Assembly: GCF_025370785.1 (NCBI RefSeq)
Contig: NZ_JAMXFA010000001.1
Location: 235,902 to 299,901, forward strand
Source of the DNA: Laspinema olomoucense D3b
GTDB lineage: Bacteria > Cyanobacteriota > Cyanobacteriia > Cyanobacteriales > Laspinemataceae
Direction of reading: 5' to 3'
DNA length: 64,000 bases
The notes under the pieces were generated by a model, which was not told the origin of the DNA, ran no database searches, and saw only the letters and a list, made by a program, of their open reading frames with translations. The translations under genes were made by a program, and so were the position numbers. Every line of letters begins with the position of its first letter. The first letter of the stretch is position 1. This document shows, one piece after another, positions 9,486 through 17,832 of the stretch.

Positions 9486-10889
9486 TTATGCCTCGGGATG
9501 CGGTTTTTCTGGGTCGGGTTTGGAGAGCGGAAGGATAACGCTAACGGTAGTGCCGAGATTAAGCTGACTGTCTACCCGAATCCAACCGTGATGATTTTCC
9601 ACGATCGCCCGGACGATCGCCAGTCCCAATCCAGACCCCGTAGAACCCCATTCCGGCGACTGGTGAGGTTCATGACTCCGCGCCGGGTCCACTCGATAAA
9701 AGCGATCAAAAATATGAGGCACCGACTCTGCCGGAATGCCGATTCCGCTATCTTTCACCGTAACTTGGACACCGCTATTGGCACTCGGGCGATTGCTCAC
9801 CCCGCTACATTCTAAGGTGATGGCAATTTGGCCCCCTTTCGCGGTGTATTGCAATCCATTACTGACTAAATTCGTAAACAGTCGCGCCAGTTGGTCCCAA
9901 TCTCCGGGGATGGTAAAATCCAGTCCCGGTTCAGTTTCTGGATCCATAAGGGGGGAGAGGGCGTGATTGCCGCTATCGGGCGGATCAATAATTTCTAATA
10001 CTAATTCAATGCCTTTTTCGGCGGCGATCGCCTCTTGTTCCTCCATCACTTCCATCAATAAGGCATCCATTGGCACAGGTTGTTTCCTCACTTTCACTAT
10101 GCCGCTATCTTGTCGCGCTAAAAAGAGCAAATCATCCACCAATCGTCCCATACGGCGCGTCAAGCGTTCGACTAACTGTAATTGCTGGCGATGGATGGGT
10201 GAATCTAATTCCGGGTCCGCCAGGGCTACTTGCACATTTGTTTGAATCGTGGCGATCGGGTTTCTGAGTTCATGGGAGGCATCGGAGGTAAACTGTTTGA
10301 GACGCTGGTAAGAATCCCGCACAGGTTTCATGGCTAATCCTGACAGTAACCAGGCGATCGCACTAATGGCAATTGCCATGAGGGAGGTTCCCAAACTTAA
10401 ATCAATAATTAATTGCCGAATCGGTTTGGTCACTTCAAACCAGGGATGACTGACTCGCAAATATCCTACCACTTGCCGTCCAATTTCTACGCGATCGGTA
10501 AATTGCCTCAGCAGTTGTCCTCCCGAAAGTTGTACCGTTTCCCCATTCTTTTTCGGGTGCAGGGGAATTTCTAAGGGTTCCCAAAGGGTAGACCACAATA
10601 ATTCCCCCGTGGGACTAAACCATTCTAAATCGATATGGTCATCTTCGACGGTTTTGGCATTGTTGCGGAAACTGGCGACAACATTTACAGTATATTGGCC
10701 GGTGTTGGGGTTTTCATCGATCGCCAGCGAGCGTTCCACCACTTCCACAACGTGCTTGAGGGTGTCATCAATGCGATCGATTAAGGTACTCCGCACATAC
10801 ACATAAAATCCCGTCGCAAACACCAGCAGCAACACTGCTGTGAGTGCCGCATACCAAATCGCTAACCGTCGGCGGGTGGCTTGAAACAT
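9486..10889 (-). CDS. sensor histidine kinase (2 TM, HAMP, HisKA, HATPase_c)
   Basis: H-box SHELRNPIATIQ. N-terminal TM helix, a second TM and HAMP around LGTSLMAIAISAIAWLLSGLAMKPVRDSYQRL. G2 box GSGLGLAIVRAIVENHHGW. Confidence 0.85.
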   Translation of the reverse strand: MFQATRRRLAIWYAALTAVLLLVFATGFYVYVRSTLIDRIDDTLKHVVEVVERSLAIDENPNTGQYTVNVVASFRNNAKTVEDDHIDLEWFSPTGELLWSTLWEPLEIPLHPKKNGETVQLSGGQLLRQFTDRVEIGRQVVGYLRVSHPWFEVTKPIRQLIIDLSLGTSLMAIAISAIAWLLSGLAMKPVRDSYQRLKQFTSDASHELRNPIATIQTNVQVALADPELDSPIHRQQLQLVERLTRRMGRLVDDLLFLARQDSGIVKVRKQPVPMDALLMEVMEEQEAIAAEKGIELVLEIIDPPDSGNHALSPLMDPETEPGLDFTIPGDWDQLARLFTNLVSNGLQYTAKGGQIAITLECSGVSNRPSANSGVQVTVKDSGIGIPAESVPHIFDRFYRVDPARSHEPHQSPEWGSTGSGLGLAIVRAIVENHHGWIRVDSQLNLGTTVSVILPLSKPDPEKPHPEA

Positions 10890-11091
10890 TTCTGCGATCG
10901 TCCTATAGGTTTCTTATAATTGTAGAGTGAATTTTCACTAGAGAGGTACAGAGATTTGGTATTCAGTATGGGAGAATTGAGGAGATAGTAAGGGAGGGGG
11001 CGAGCGGGCCTAAATCAAGGGGTTAACCATCTAAATTAATCGGCCCAAATTTTGTCAACCTCCTGCCACTCTTTACAAAAAAATAAAAATT

Positions 11092-11120
11092 TTACAACAA
11101 CCCGATGAATGTGGTATAAT
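11092..11120 (+). promoter_or_regulatory. sigma70-type promoter with extended -10 (TTACAA, 17 nt spacer, TGgTATAAT) for the ATPase/DUF4276 cassette
   Basis: ttacaa at 11092-11097 and tggtataat at 11112-11120, about 50 nt upstream of the ATG at 11170. Confidence 0.4.
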
Positions 11121-11169
11121 TTTACCAATGTAGAACTGATCTTAAACATGACCCAACAACAAACCTATT

Positions 11170-12315
11170 ATGAATGGTTTTGAAAAAATAGAGATTTATG
11201 GATTCCGTCGCTTACGCACAGTCCAAGTCGAAATGAGACCTTTAACGGTCATCATCGGGGCCAACGGAGTCGGGAAGACATCTTTTTTGGAAATGTTCTC
11301 CCTGTTATCAGAATCTGCAAAAGGTCAGTTACAGTCAAAAATTTCTGAATTTGGGGGCTTGAGTGATATATTGACGCGAGATCAGGCTGATAATTTGCGC
11401 GTGGTCCGGTCAGCTTATTTAGAAAAATATGGACAGTTTAACTATTTTTTAAAATTAGACATTAAAGGCCAACAATTTTATGAAATAGAGCAGGAATCTC
11501 TTACTAGATCGCCTTTGTTGTTTACTTACATAAATTCCAGCGGTTTAGATGTTCAATATTTTGCTAATGACAATCAGGTTCCGGTCCGTCCAAATTGGGA
11601 ACATAATCCGTTAGAAACCTCGCTTTCACAAGTTCCTAAAATGTACCAAGAAGCGGAAGCAGTGCGTAAGCAATTAGCCTCCTGTAGCTTTTATCGAGCT
11701 TGGGAATTGAATTTATCGCCTACCAGCCCCGTGCGATTACCGCAAGCGATGCGTCCGGCAACTTTACCCGGAAATCGGGGGGAAGATTTAGTTTCCTGCC
11801 TTTATAATTTACGGGAAACAGACCCGGATCGATTTGAACTGATAAGCGATACTTTGTCTGCTGCCTTTCCTAGTTTTGAACGCTTGAGTTTTCCCCCAGT
11901 AGCAGCAGGCACATTGGCATTGACTTGGAAGGAGAAAAATTTTTCGCATCCCCTTTATATGCATCAACTTTCCGAGGGGACGGTGCGGTTTTTGTGGTTA
12001 GTCACCCTACTGCAAAGTCCGAATTTAACTGCTGTAACGCTTATCGATGAACCGGAAGTCAGCTTGCATCCAGAATTGTTGCGATTGCTGGTGGATGTGA
12101 TGCGAGAAGCATCGAAACGAACTCAACTGATTGTTGCCACCCATTCTGATCGCCTGATCCGATTTTTGCAACCAGACGAAGTGCTGGTATGCGATGCAGA
12201 TGAAGAGGGTTCCACAACCATGACTTGGGCGGATTCTTTAGATTTAGAGAAATGGTTGGAAGAGTATAGTTTAGATGAACTGTGGGCGATGAATATCATC
12301 GGAGGGCGATCGTGA
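11170..12315 (+). CDS. ABC-type ATPase of the AAA15/AAA21 (OLD/AriA-like) class
   Basis: Walker A IIGANGVGKTSFLE, Walker B plus D-loop LIDEPEVSLHPELL, and H-loop VATHSDRLIRF. 381 aa with a long helical insertion between Walker A and B, typical of SMC/ABC-like defence ATPases. Confidence 0.8.
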   Translation: MNGFEKIEIYGFRRLRTVQVEMRPLTVIIGANGVGKTSFLEMFSLLSESAKGQLQSKISEFGGLSDILTRDQADNLRVVRSAYLEKYGQFNYFLKLDIKGQQFYEIEQESLTRSPLLFTYINSSGLDVQYFANDNQVPVRPNWEHNPLETSLSQVPKMYQEAEAVRKQLASCSFYRAWELNLSPTSPVRLPQAMRPATLPGNRGEDLVSCLYNLRETDPDRFELISDTLSAAFPSFERLSFPPVAAGTLALTWKEKNFSHPLYMHQLSEGTVRFLWLVTLLQSPNLTAVTLIDEPEVSLHPELLRLLVDVMREASKRTQLIVATHSDRLIRFLQPDEVLVCDADEEGSTTMTWADSLDLEKWLEEYSLDELWAMNIIGGRS

Positions 12316-12920
12316 AAATTGCTATTTTAGTTGAAGGCGCAACTGAAAAAGCCTTGATACCGAGTTTGCGGCGCTTTCTGAATTCCCGTTTACCAGGAAA
12401 AATGCCTAAATTACAGCCAAAACCTTATCATGGACGGATTCCGAAAAAAGACAAACTTAAAAGTGACGTAGAAAAGCTGCTGAGTGGCAAGGATGCTTAT
12501 GATGCAGTGATTGCCTTAACCGACGTTTATACTGGAACCGAGGATTTTAAAAATGCAGCCGATGCTAAACAAAAAATGAAAGAATGGGTAGGAAACAATC
12601 CTAACTTTTATCCCCACGCTGCACAACATGATTTTGAGGCATGGCTTTTACCGTTTTGGCCGACCATTCAAAAGTTAGCCAAACATAATAAATCTGTTCC
12701 TAGCGGCAATCCGGAGAAAGTGAATCATCATAAACCGCCCTCGAAACATATTCAAGAAATTTTTGAGCAAGGCAAATCCCCCAGAAGTTATAGTAAAATT
12801 CGGGATGGTTTAAAGATTTTAGAGGAAAACGATTTGATGGAGTCTATCGAGGTTTGTTCAGAACTCAAGGCGTTTATTAATACAATTTTGTTGTTATGTG
12901 GGGGTGAAGAAATTCTGTAA
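12312..12920 (+). CDS. DUF4276-like / TOPRIM-like small protein; start overlaps the ATPase stop (GTGA)
   Basis: The GTG at 12312 overlaps the TGA of the upstream gene; the track ORF is 12282..12920. The N-terminus VKIAILVEGATEKALIP resembles the first TOPRIM motif (hydrophobic strand then EG). An acidic TDVYTGTED follows. A ~200-aa partner of AAA15 ATPases is the pattern I recall for DUF4276. Confidence 0.55.
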   Translation: MKIAILVEGATEKALIPSLRRFLNSRLPGKMPKLQPKPYHGRIPKKDKLKSDVEKLLSGKDAYDAVIALTDVYTGTEDFKNAADAKQKMKEWVGNNPNFYPHAAQHDFEAWLLPFWPTIQKLAKHNKSVPSGNPEKVNHHKPPSKHIQEIFEQGKSPRSYSKIRDGLKILEENDLMESIEVCSELKAFINTILLLCGGEEIL

Positions 12921-13057
12921 AGTGCGATTAATTGAGGATGAGCGCCCTTCAAAAGCAATATTTTATACTAAGTTTTAGAAGAATAGAGACGATTAAGATA
13001 GCTAATCAACCCACAGGTTTTTCTCCTGGGGTTGATCTAGCTTAGGAGTTGGGATGA

Positions 13058-15229
13058 CTATACCGATACAGGTATCGCCCAAGGTTGCCATGCTTTTTGC
13101 TGGACCGAAATGGTGCCACTACGGACCGAGGCATCCCAGCAAGTGCGATCGCCTTCGCGCCAAAACCGTAAGTCTATGGAGGAATCCCCCACCTCTAAAC
13201 CGTACAGGGTCAAGTCGGGTAACCAATTGGGCAAATAGGGATCAACATATAAGCACCCTTGGGGTGCATTCGCTTGTAATCCCAATAGGGCCTGGATTAG
13301 GTGGAAGACGGAACCGGCAGCCCAAGCTTGGGGTATATTTGCTTCAATATAGGGGACGGGAAATGCTCCTATCTGGCGTTTTGTCCCGGCATAGACTTCG
13401 GGAACCCGATAGCAGGCGAAATGGCTGGCTGTCTCGAAAATATCCGCTGCTACACTTGCAACGGCTTCATGGAAGCCATAGCGTTTGAAGCCGAGGGCAA
13501 TGATGCCGTTATCATGGGGCCAGACGGACCCGAGATGATAGGAAAAGGGGTTAAAAGAGGGATGATTTGAGGACAAGGTGCGAATTCCCCAACCACTGGA
13601 CATATCGGGTTCTAGCAGCCGTTTAACCACCCGTTGAGCGCGTTCTGGACTGACGATGCCACTCCAGAGGCAATGACCCGGATTTGAGGCGATCGAGCCT
13701 ACCGGCTGTTTATCTGGATCTAGGGTTAAGGCATAAAATCCCAAGTCTTCACACCAAAAGCGTTCCTCAAATTGCACTCGCAGTTTTTCGGCTTTGCCTT
13801 GTAATTCGGTGGCGCTATCCTTCTCACCGAGTGCCGCAAAGACTTCCGCCATCCGCATCCAAGCATCAAAGACATAGCCTTGGAGTTCACACAGGGCTTT
13901 TGGGGATTTGACTTGTGATCCATCGGGATAGACGATTGAATCTCCGGAGTCTTTCCAGCATTGGTTTTCGATGCCTTTTTCTGAGCGCACTTGATATTCC
14001 TGGAAGCCATCCCCATCGAGATCACCATAGCGATCGATCCAGTCCAAACAGCGGAGGGCGACATCGCGGTAATCTTTCAAGAGAGAGTCATCTCCTAACC
14101 ATTTCCAAGTTTCGTGAAGGACGATTGTATAGAGAGGGGTGGTATCCGCTGCACCGTAATAAGGCGATCGCGGACTTTTTTTCAAGTAAACCAACTCCCC
14201 ATGACGCAGTTCATGGAGGATTTTCCCCGGTTGTGCATCATGCCAGTCACTATATTCCTTCGCCTGAAACTGTCCTAATTTTTGGAGTGCACCTCGGGCA
14301 AACCCGGGATGAATAATTTGATTTTGCAAGCTGGCGGTTAAGCTATCGCGACCAAATAGCGCCACAAATTTGGGAACTCCCGCTGCGGCAAGCCACACAT
14401 CCGGAGCCATATCGTAATCATAGAGACGCATCGCGCTCATATCTTCGAGACTCTGGCAGTACAGTCGCTGGACATCTTCATTCGAGGTTTCCATCGTGGT
14501 GCAGGTATCTTGCCACTGTCGCTGCAATTTTTGGATGTTTGTATCAACATCGGGTTTAATCGCTTCTTCATAGCACAAATCGAGCGGTTCATGACAGTGT
14601 TCGTTATCAATCAGAAGGTAGTAGCAGCAAGCGTGCCAACTTGCACGGGCTTCTAATTCAACCTCAAAGGTGAGGCGACCATTGGCATAACGTGGGGGTG
14701 AGGTGAAGTGATTCCAATGGGCGATCATACATCGATAAAAATCCCCATTATTATAGGTATGGCGCAGTTTATACTCTTTTTTATCCCACTCGGTTTCAAT
14801 TTGCCCCCGGCGCACGAATTCCCCCGATTCAACTTCAAAAATATCTGCAAAGTCTGAACTGATCTCCAAATCTAAATGAAAGTTGACCGATTCGAGGCTA
14901 TGATTAGTAATATTTAGATCTTCATGAATCCCCTGTTCTACAGTCCGAGCAATGGTTAAGGATAGCGCCCCTTTGGGAATTTCTCCGTTTTTGCTAGAGA
15001 CGCTGGGATTTGTTAAATAAATTTTTGTGGCATAATAGCGCGTGACGGACGAAGTGAGCCGAACCCAAGGTTTATTGTCTATAAAACAGGCATATTCACT
15101 TAAAAAGCGGGTATCATCGGCAAAAATTCCTTGAAACTTGTCGCCTTGAATTTGGCCATCCAGTTCAGAAACCATGAAGATGCTGCCGTTATTAATCGTG
15201 AGAAAAGACGGTTCTACAGGGATTTTCAT
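13058..15229 (-). CDS. glycogen debranching enzyme (amylo-alpha-1,6-glucosidase family; bacterial GDE_N + GDE_C)
   Basis: 723 aa with motifs GVPKFVALFGRDSL, PGKILHELRHGEL and DYRDVALRCLDWI, consistent with the GDE_C (alpha/alpha)6-barrel catalytic domain. Confidence 0.75.
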   Translation of the reverse strand: MKIPVEPSFLTINNGSIFMVSELDGQIQGDKFQGIFADDTRFLSEYACFIDNKPWVRLTSSVTRYYATKIYLTNPSVSSKNGEIPKGALSLTIARTVEQGIHEDLNITNHSLESVNFHLDLEISSDFADIFEVESGEFVRRGQIETEWDKKEYKLRHTYNNGDFYRCMIAHWNHFTSPPRYANGRLTFEVELEARASWHACCYYLLIDNEHCHEPLDLCYEEAIKPDVDTNIQKLQRQWQDTCTTMETSNEDVQRLYCQSLEDMSAMRLYDYDMAPDVWLAAAGVPKFVALFGRDSLTASLQNQIIHPGFARGALQKLGQFQAKEYSDWHDAQPGKILHELRHGELVYLKKSPRSPYYGAADTTPLYTIVLHETWKWLGDDSLLKDYRDVALRCLDWIDRYGDLDGDGFQEYQVRSEKGIENQCWKDSGDSIVYPDGSQVKSPKALCELQGYVFDAWMRMAEVFAALGEKDSATELQGKAEKLRVQFEERFWCEDLGFYALTLDPDKQPVGSIASNPGHCLWSGIVSPERAQRVVKRLLEPDMSSGWGIRTLSSNHPSFNPFSYHLGSVWPHDNGIIALGFKRYGFHEAVASVAADIFETASHFACYRVPEVYAGTKRQIGAFPVPYIEANIPQAWAAGSVFHLIQALLGLQANAPQGCLYVDPYLPNWLPDLTLYGLEVGDSSIDLRFWREGDRTCWDASVRSGTISVQQKAWQPWAIPVSV

Positions 15230-15396
15230 GTTAAAATAGGTAAGTTATAAATTACGTTACAGGATGAGGGTTCAGAGCCTTAACGCTGAACCCCTTGAAG
15301 GGAGAAGGTTTGTTAAGTCTTAAAATTACCCTAGGACTCAATTTTTTCTAACACACCCGTTCAGCCCTGTAGAATTAAGAGAGTCGGTGTCAGGAA

Positions 15397-16164
15397 TTAA
15401 CTAGCTTCAGAAGCACGTTCTAGGCGTCGGTTCACTTCTTCCCAATTGACGACATTCCACCAATTCTTTAAATATTCCCCCCGCTGATTTTGGTAGTTGA
15501 GGTAATAGGCGTGTTCCCAAACATCATTGCCCATAATAGGATATTTTCCATCCATCAGGGGACTATCTTGATTGGGGGTACTGGTAATTTCTAGTTGCCC
15601 TTGAGCATTGCGAACTAACCAAACCCACCCACTGCCAAATTGACTGGTTCCAGCTTGATTAAATTGCTCTTGGAAAGTCTTAAAACTGCCAAAAGTTTCG
15701 TTAATGGCTTGGGCGATCGCCCCGGTGGGTTCTCCCCCGCCATTGGGACTCATAATTTCCCAAAACATGGAATGATTGACGTGACCTCCACCATTATTTC
15801 TAACGGCTGTGCGGATATTTTCTGGCACCTGATTTAAGTTGCGAATTAATGCCTCAACACTTTGGTTTTGCAGATTAGAATTATTTTCTAATGCCTTGTT
15901 TAAATTACTAACATAACTGGCATGATGCTTATCATGATGTAACTCCATCGTCTGAGCATCAATATGGGGTTCTAGAGCATTATAGGGGTAAGGCAATGGG
16001 GGTAATTCAGCCGGAGAAGCACTCAGTTCGGTTCCGGGACTGGTTGTGGTTGCTGGGGTTTGAGACAGGTTGGTTTGACCCATTCCTTGACAAGCAATCA
16101 GCAGGAAGACACCTATAAATCCCCCCACAATCGAACCCAAACGCCATTTTTTCTTATTTTTCAT
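15397..16164 (-). CDS. sodA: manganese superoxide dismutase with N-terminal membrane/lipoprotein anchor
   Basis: [47 protein letters not shown] and [35 protein letters not shown] match the Mn-type SOD signature very closely (E. coli SodA-like). The N-terminus FLLIACQG is a lipobox-like signal. Confidence 0.85.
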   Translation of the reverse strand: MKNKKKWRLGSIVGGFIGVFLLIACQGMGQTNLSQTPATTTSPGTELSASPAELPPLPYPYNALEPHIDAQTMELHHDKHHASYVSNLNKALENNSNLQNQSVEALIRNLNQVPENIRTAVRNNGGGHVNHSMFWEIMSPNGGGEPTGAIAQAINETFGSFKTFQEQFNQAGTSQFGSGWVWLVRNAQGQLEITSTPNQDSPLMDGKYPIMGNDVWEHAYYLNYQNQRGEYLKNWWNVVNWEEVNRRLERASEAS

Positions 16165-16201
16165 GGTAGTAGAATCTCCAATTGATGAATCTGATTAAAC
16201 T

Positions 16202-17458
16202 TTAGCGAGTGATGCGAAGAATTTTATCACCATCCGGGGGACAACCGCCGCGACCATCACAATTGCTGGTGGTGACATAAAGTTCACCATCAGGTCCGAT
16301 TATAGCCTCTCGGAGTCGTCCGTACTCCCCTTGCAAATACACTTCATGCTGTTGCACTTGTTGGGGAGATTGCGGGTCAAAAACCACGCGCTGTAAATGT
16401 TCCGATCGCAGAGAAGCGATGATTAAATTCCCTTGCCATTCAGGGATTGCCGTTCCTGTATAAATGGCCGCACCTCCCGGAGGTAATGCCTCTCGCCAGA
16501 CCATAGAAGGGGTAACTAATCCCCCCCGGGATTCACAGCGTTCCAGGGTCGGCCACCCCAGATTATCCCCCGCTTGTGCGACACTCAGTTTATCATGGCC
16601 TTGTCTGCCTAATTCCCCACTGGGTCCATGATCTGTGACTTGCAAAGTTGTCTCATTCACCCAATCAAACCCTTGAGTATTGCGAATGCCCAGAATATAG
16701 ACGGGATTACCCGGAAATGGATTATCTGGGGGTACATCGCCCTCGGGGGTGACCCGGAGAATTTTACCGGCGAGACTGCTGACATCTTGGGATAAGTCGG
16801 GTTCCCGGGCATCTCCCGTGCCAATATACAGCATTCCATCGGGCCCAAAGCGAATCCGTCCACCATTGTGGTATTGTGCGACGGGAATATTATCCAATAT
16901 CACGCGATCGCGACTGGCATTTAATCCATCGGGGGCAAGTTGCCATCGTTCAACCCGGTTGACTGATGAGTCATTGGTCGTATCGACAGTATTATAAATA
17001 TAAAAGAATCGATTAGTGGCAAAATCCGGATGCATGGCAATTCCCAGCAGTCCCCCCTCCCCCCGCGCCGTAACCGTAATATTGGCGACTGCTTCGGGCC
17101 GCAGTTGACCGTTTTGGACCAATCGCACCCGTCCGGGTCGTTCCGTTACCAGCATATCCCCATTGGGCAAAAACCCAATCCCCCAGGGAACATCGAGCCC
17201 ATTCACCACCTCTTCTACCCGAACATTGACTTGACCTTGGGGACCAAACCCATTTTCTACGAGGATGCAAGCGGCCTCACGACTGGGAGTGGGAACCCCT
17301 TGGGCCTGTTCCTGGGGCCGGTTTCCGGGTCCGGTGGTGCTATTTTCTAGCAATGTGCCGGAGGGGGCGGTACAACTGGCGACCCCGATCAGACTCACGA
17401 TGGATAGGAGGGTGAGAATATGGGTTAAGTTAATCATCAACTCTAAAACCTCAGTCAA
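16202..17458 (-). CDS. PQQ-dependent sugar dehydrogenase (soluble glucose/sorbosone dehydrogenase family), secreted
   Basis: GLDVPWGIGFLPNGDMLVTERPGRVRLV is the hallmark of the GSDH beta-propeller family. N-terminal signal peptide and Cys (lipoprotein-like). Confidence 0.7.
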   Translation of the reverse strand: MTEVLELMINLTHILTLLSIVSLIGVASCTAPSGTLLENSTTGPGNRPQEQAQGVPTPSREAACILVENGFGPQGQVNVRVEEVVNGLDVPWGIGFLPNGDMLVTERPGRVRLVQNGQLRPEAVANITVTARGEGGLLGIAMHPDFATNRFFYIYNTVDTTNDSSVNRVERWQLAPDGLNASRDRVILDNIPVAQYHNGGRIRFGPDGMLYIGTGDAREPDLSQDVSSLAGKILRVTPEGDVPPDNPFPGNPVYILGIRNTQGFDWVNETTLQVTDHGPSGELGRQGHDKLSVAQAGDNLGWPTLERCESRGGLVTPSMVWREALPPGGAAIYTGTAIPEWQGNLIIASLRSEHLQRVVFDPQSPQQVQQHEVYLQGEYGRLREAIIGPDGELYVTTSNCDGRGGCPPDGDKILRITR

Positions 17459-17832
17459 TTGGATTCTACCGATTTAAGCAGGTAGATCGACCCCTTAATA
17501 TAAAAGAGTAAACCTCAAGAACTGCCCGGATTCCGTGATAACGGGTACGGCGGTTTTTGGAATACGCATTCCACGCTATAATACTAGAGTAAGAACTGAC
17601 ATCTGTCCTGGGGAAGAGTCGCGCCGGATACCCGACTGAGATAGGTGAGGGGAAATCCGAGTTCAAGGGAGAATGACAAAACCCTTACTCTAGGCGATCG
17701 CCATTATTCCCTTTAATTAATAGGACCGATCTCCCGCAGAAAATGCTCTACAACTCTGGGATAAATCATAGAAACGCCCCCTCTGCTTTCACCGAAGTGC
17801 CGCCTATCCGGGATTAACCTGGAGTTTCTGTA

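Noticed and set aside
9375-10267. + strand ORFs (65-146 aa) overlapping the histidine kinase at 9486-10889
   Set aside because: They are antisense to a motif-rich kinase CDS and have no start context.
13054-14316. + strand ORFs (75-144 aa) inside the glycogen debranching enzyme gene
   Set aside because: They are fully embedded antisense to a 723-aa CDS with family motifs, and their translations are Arg/Pro/His-rich artefacts.
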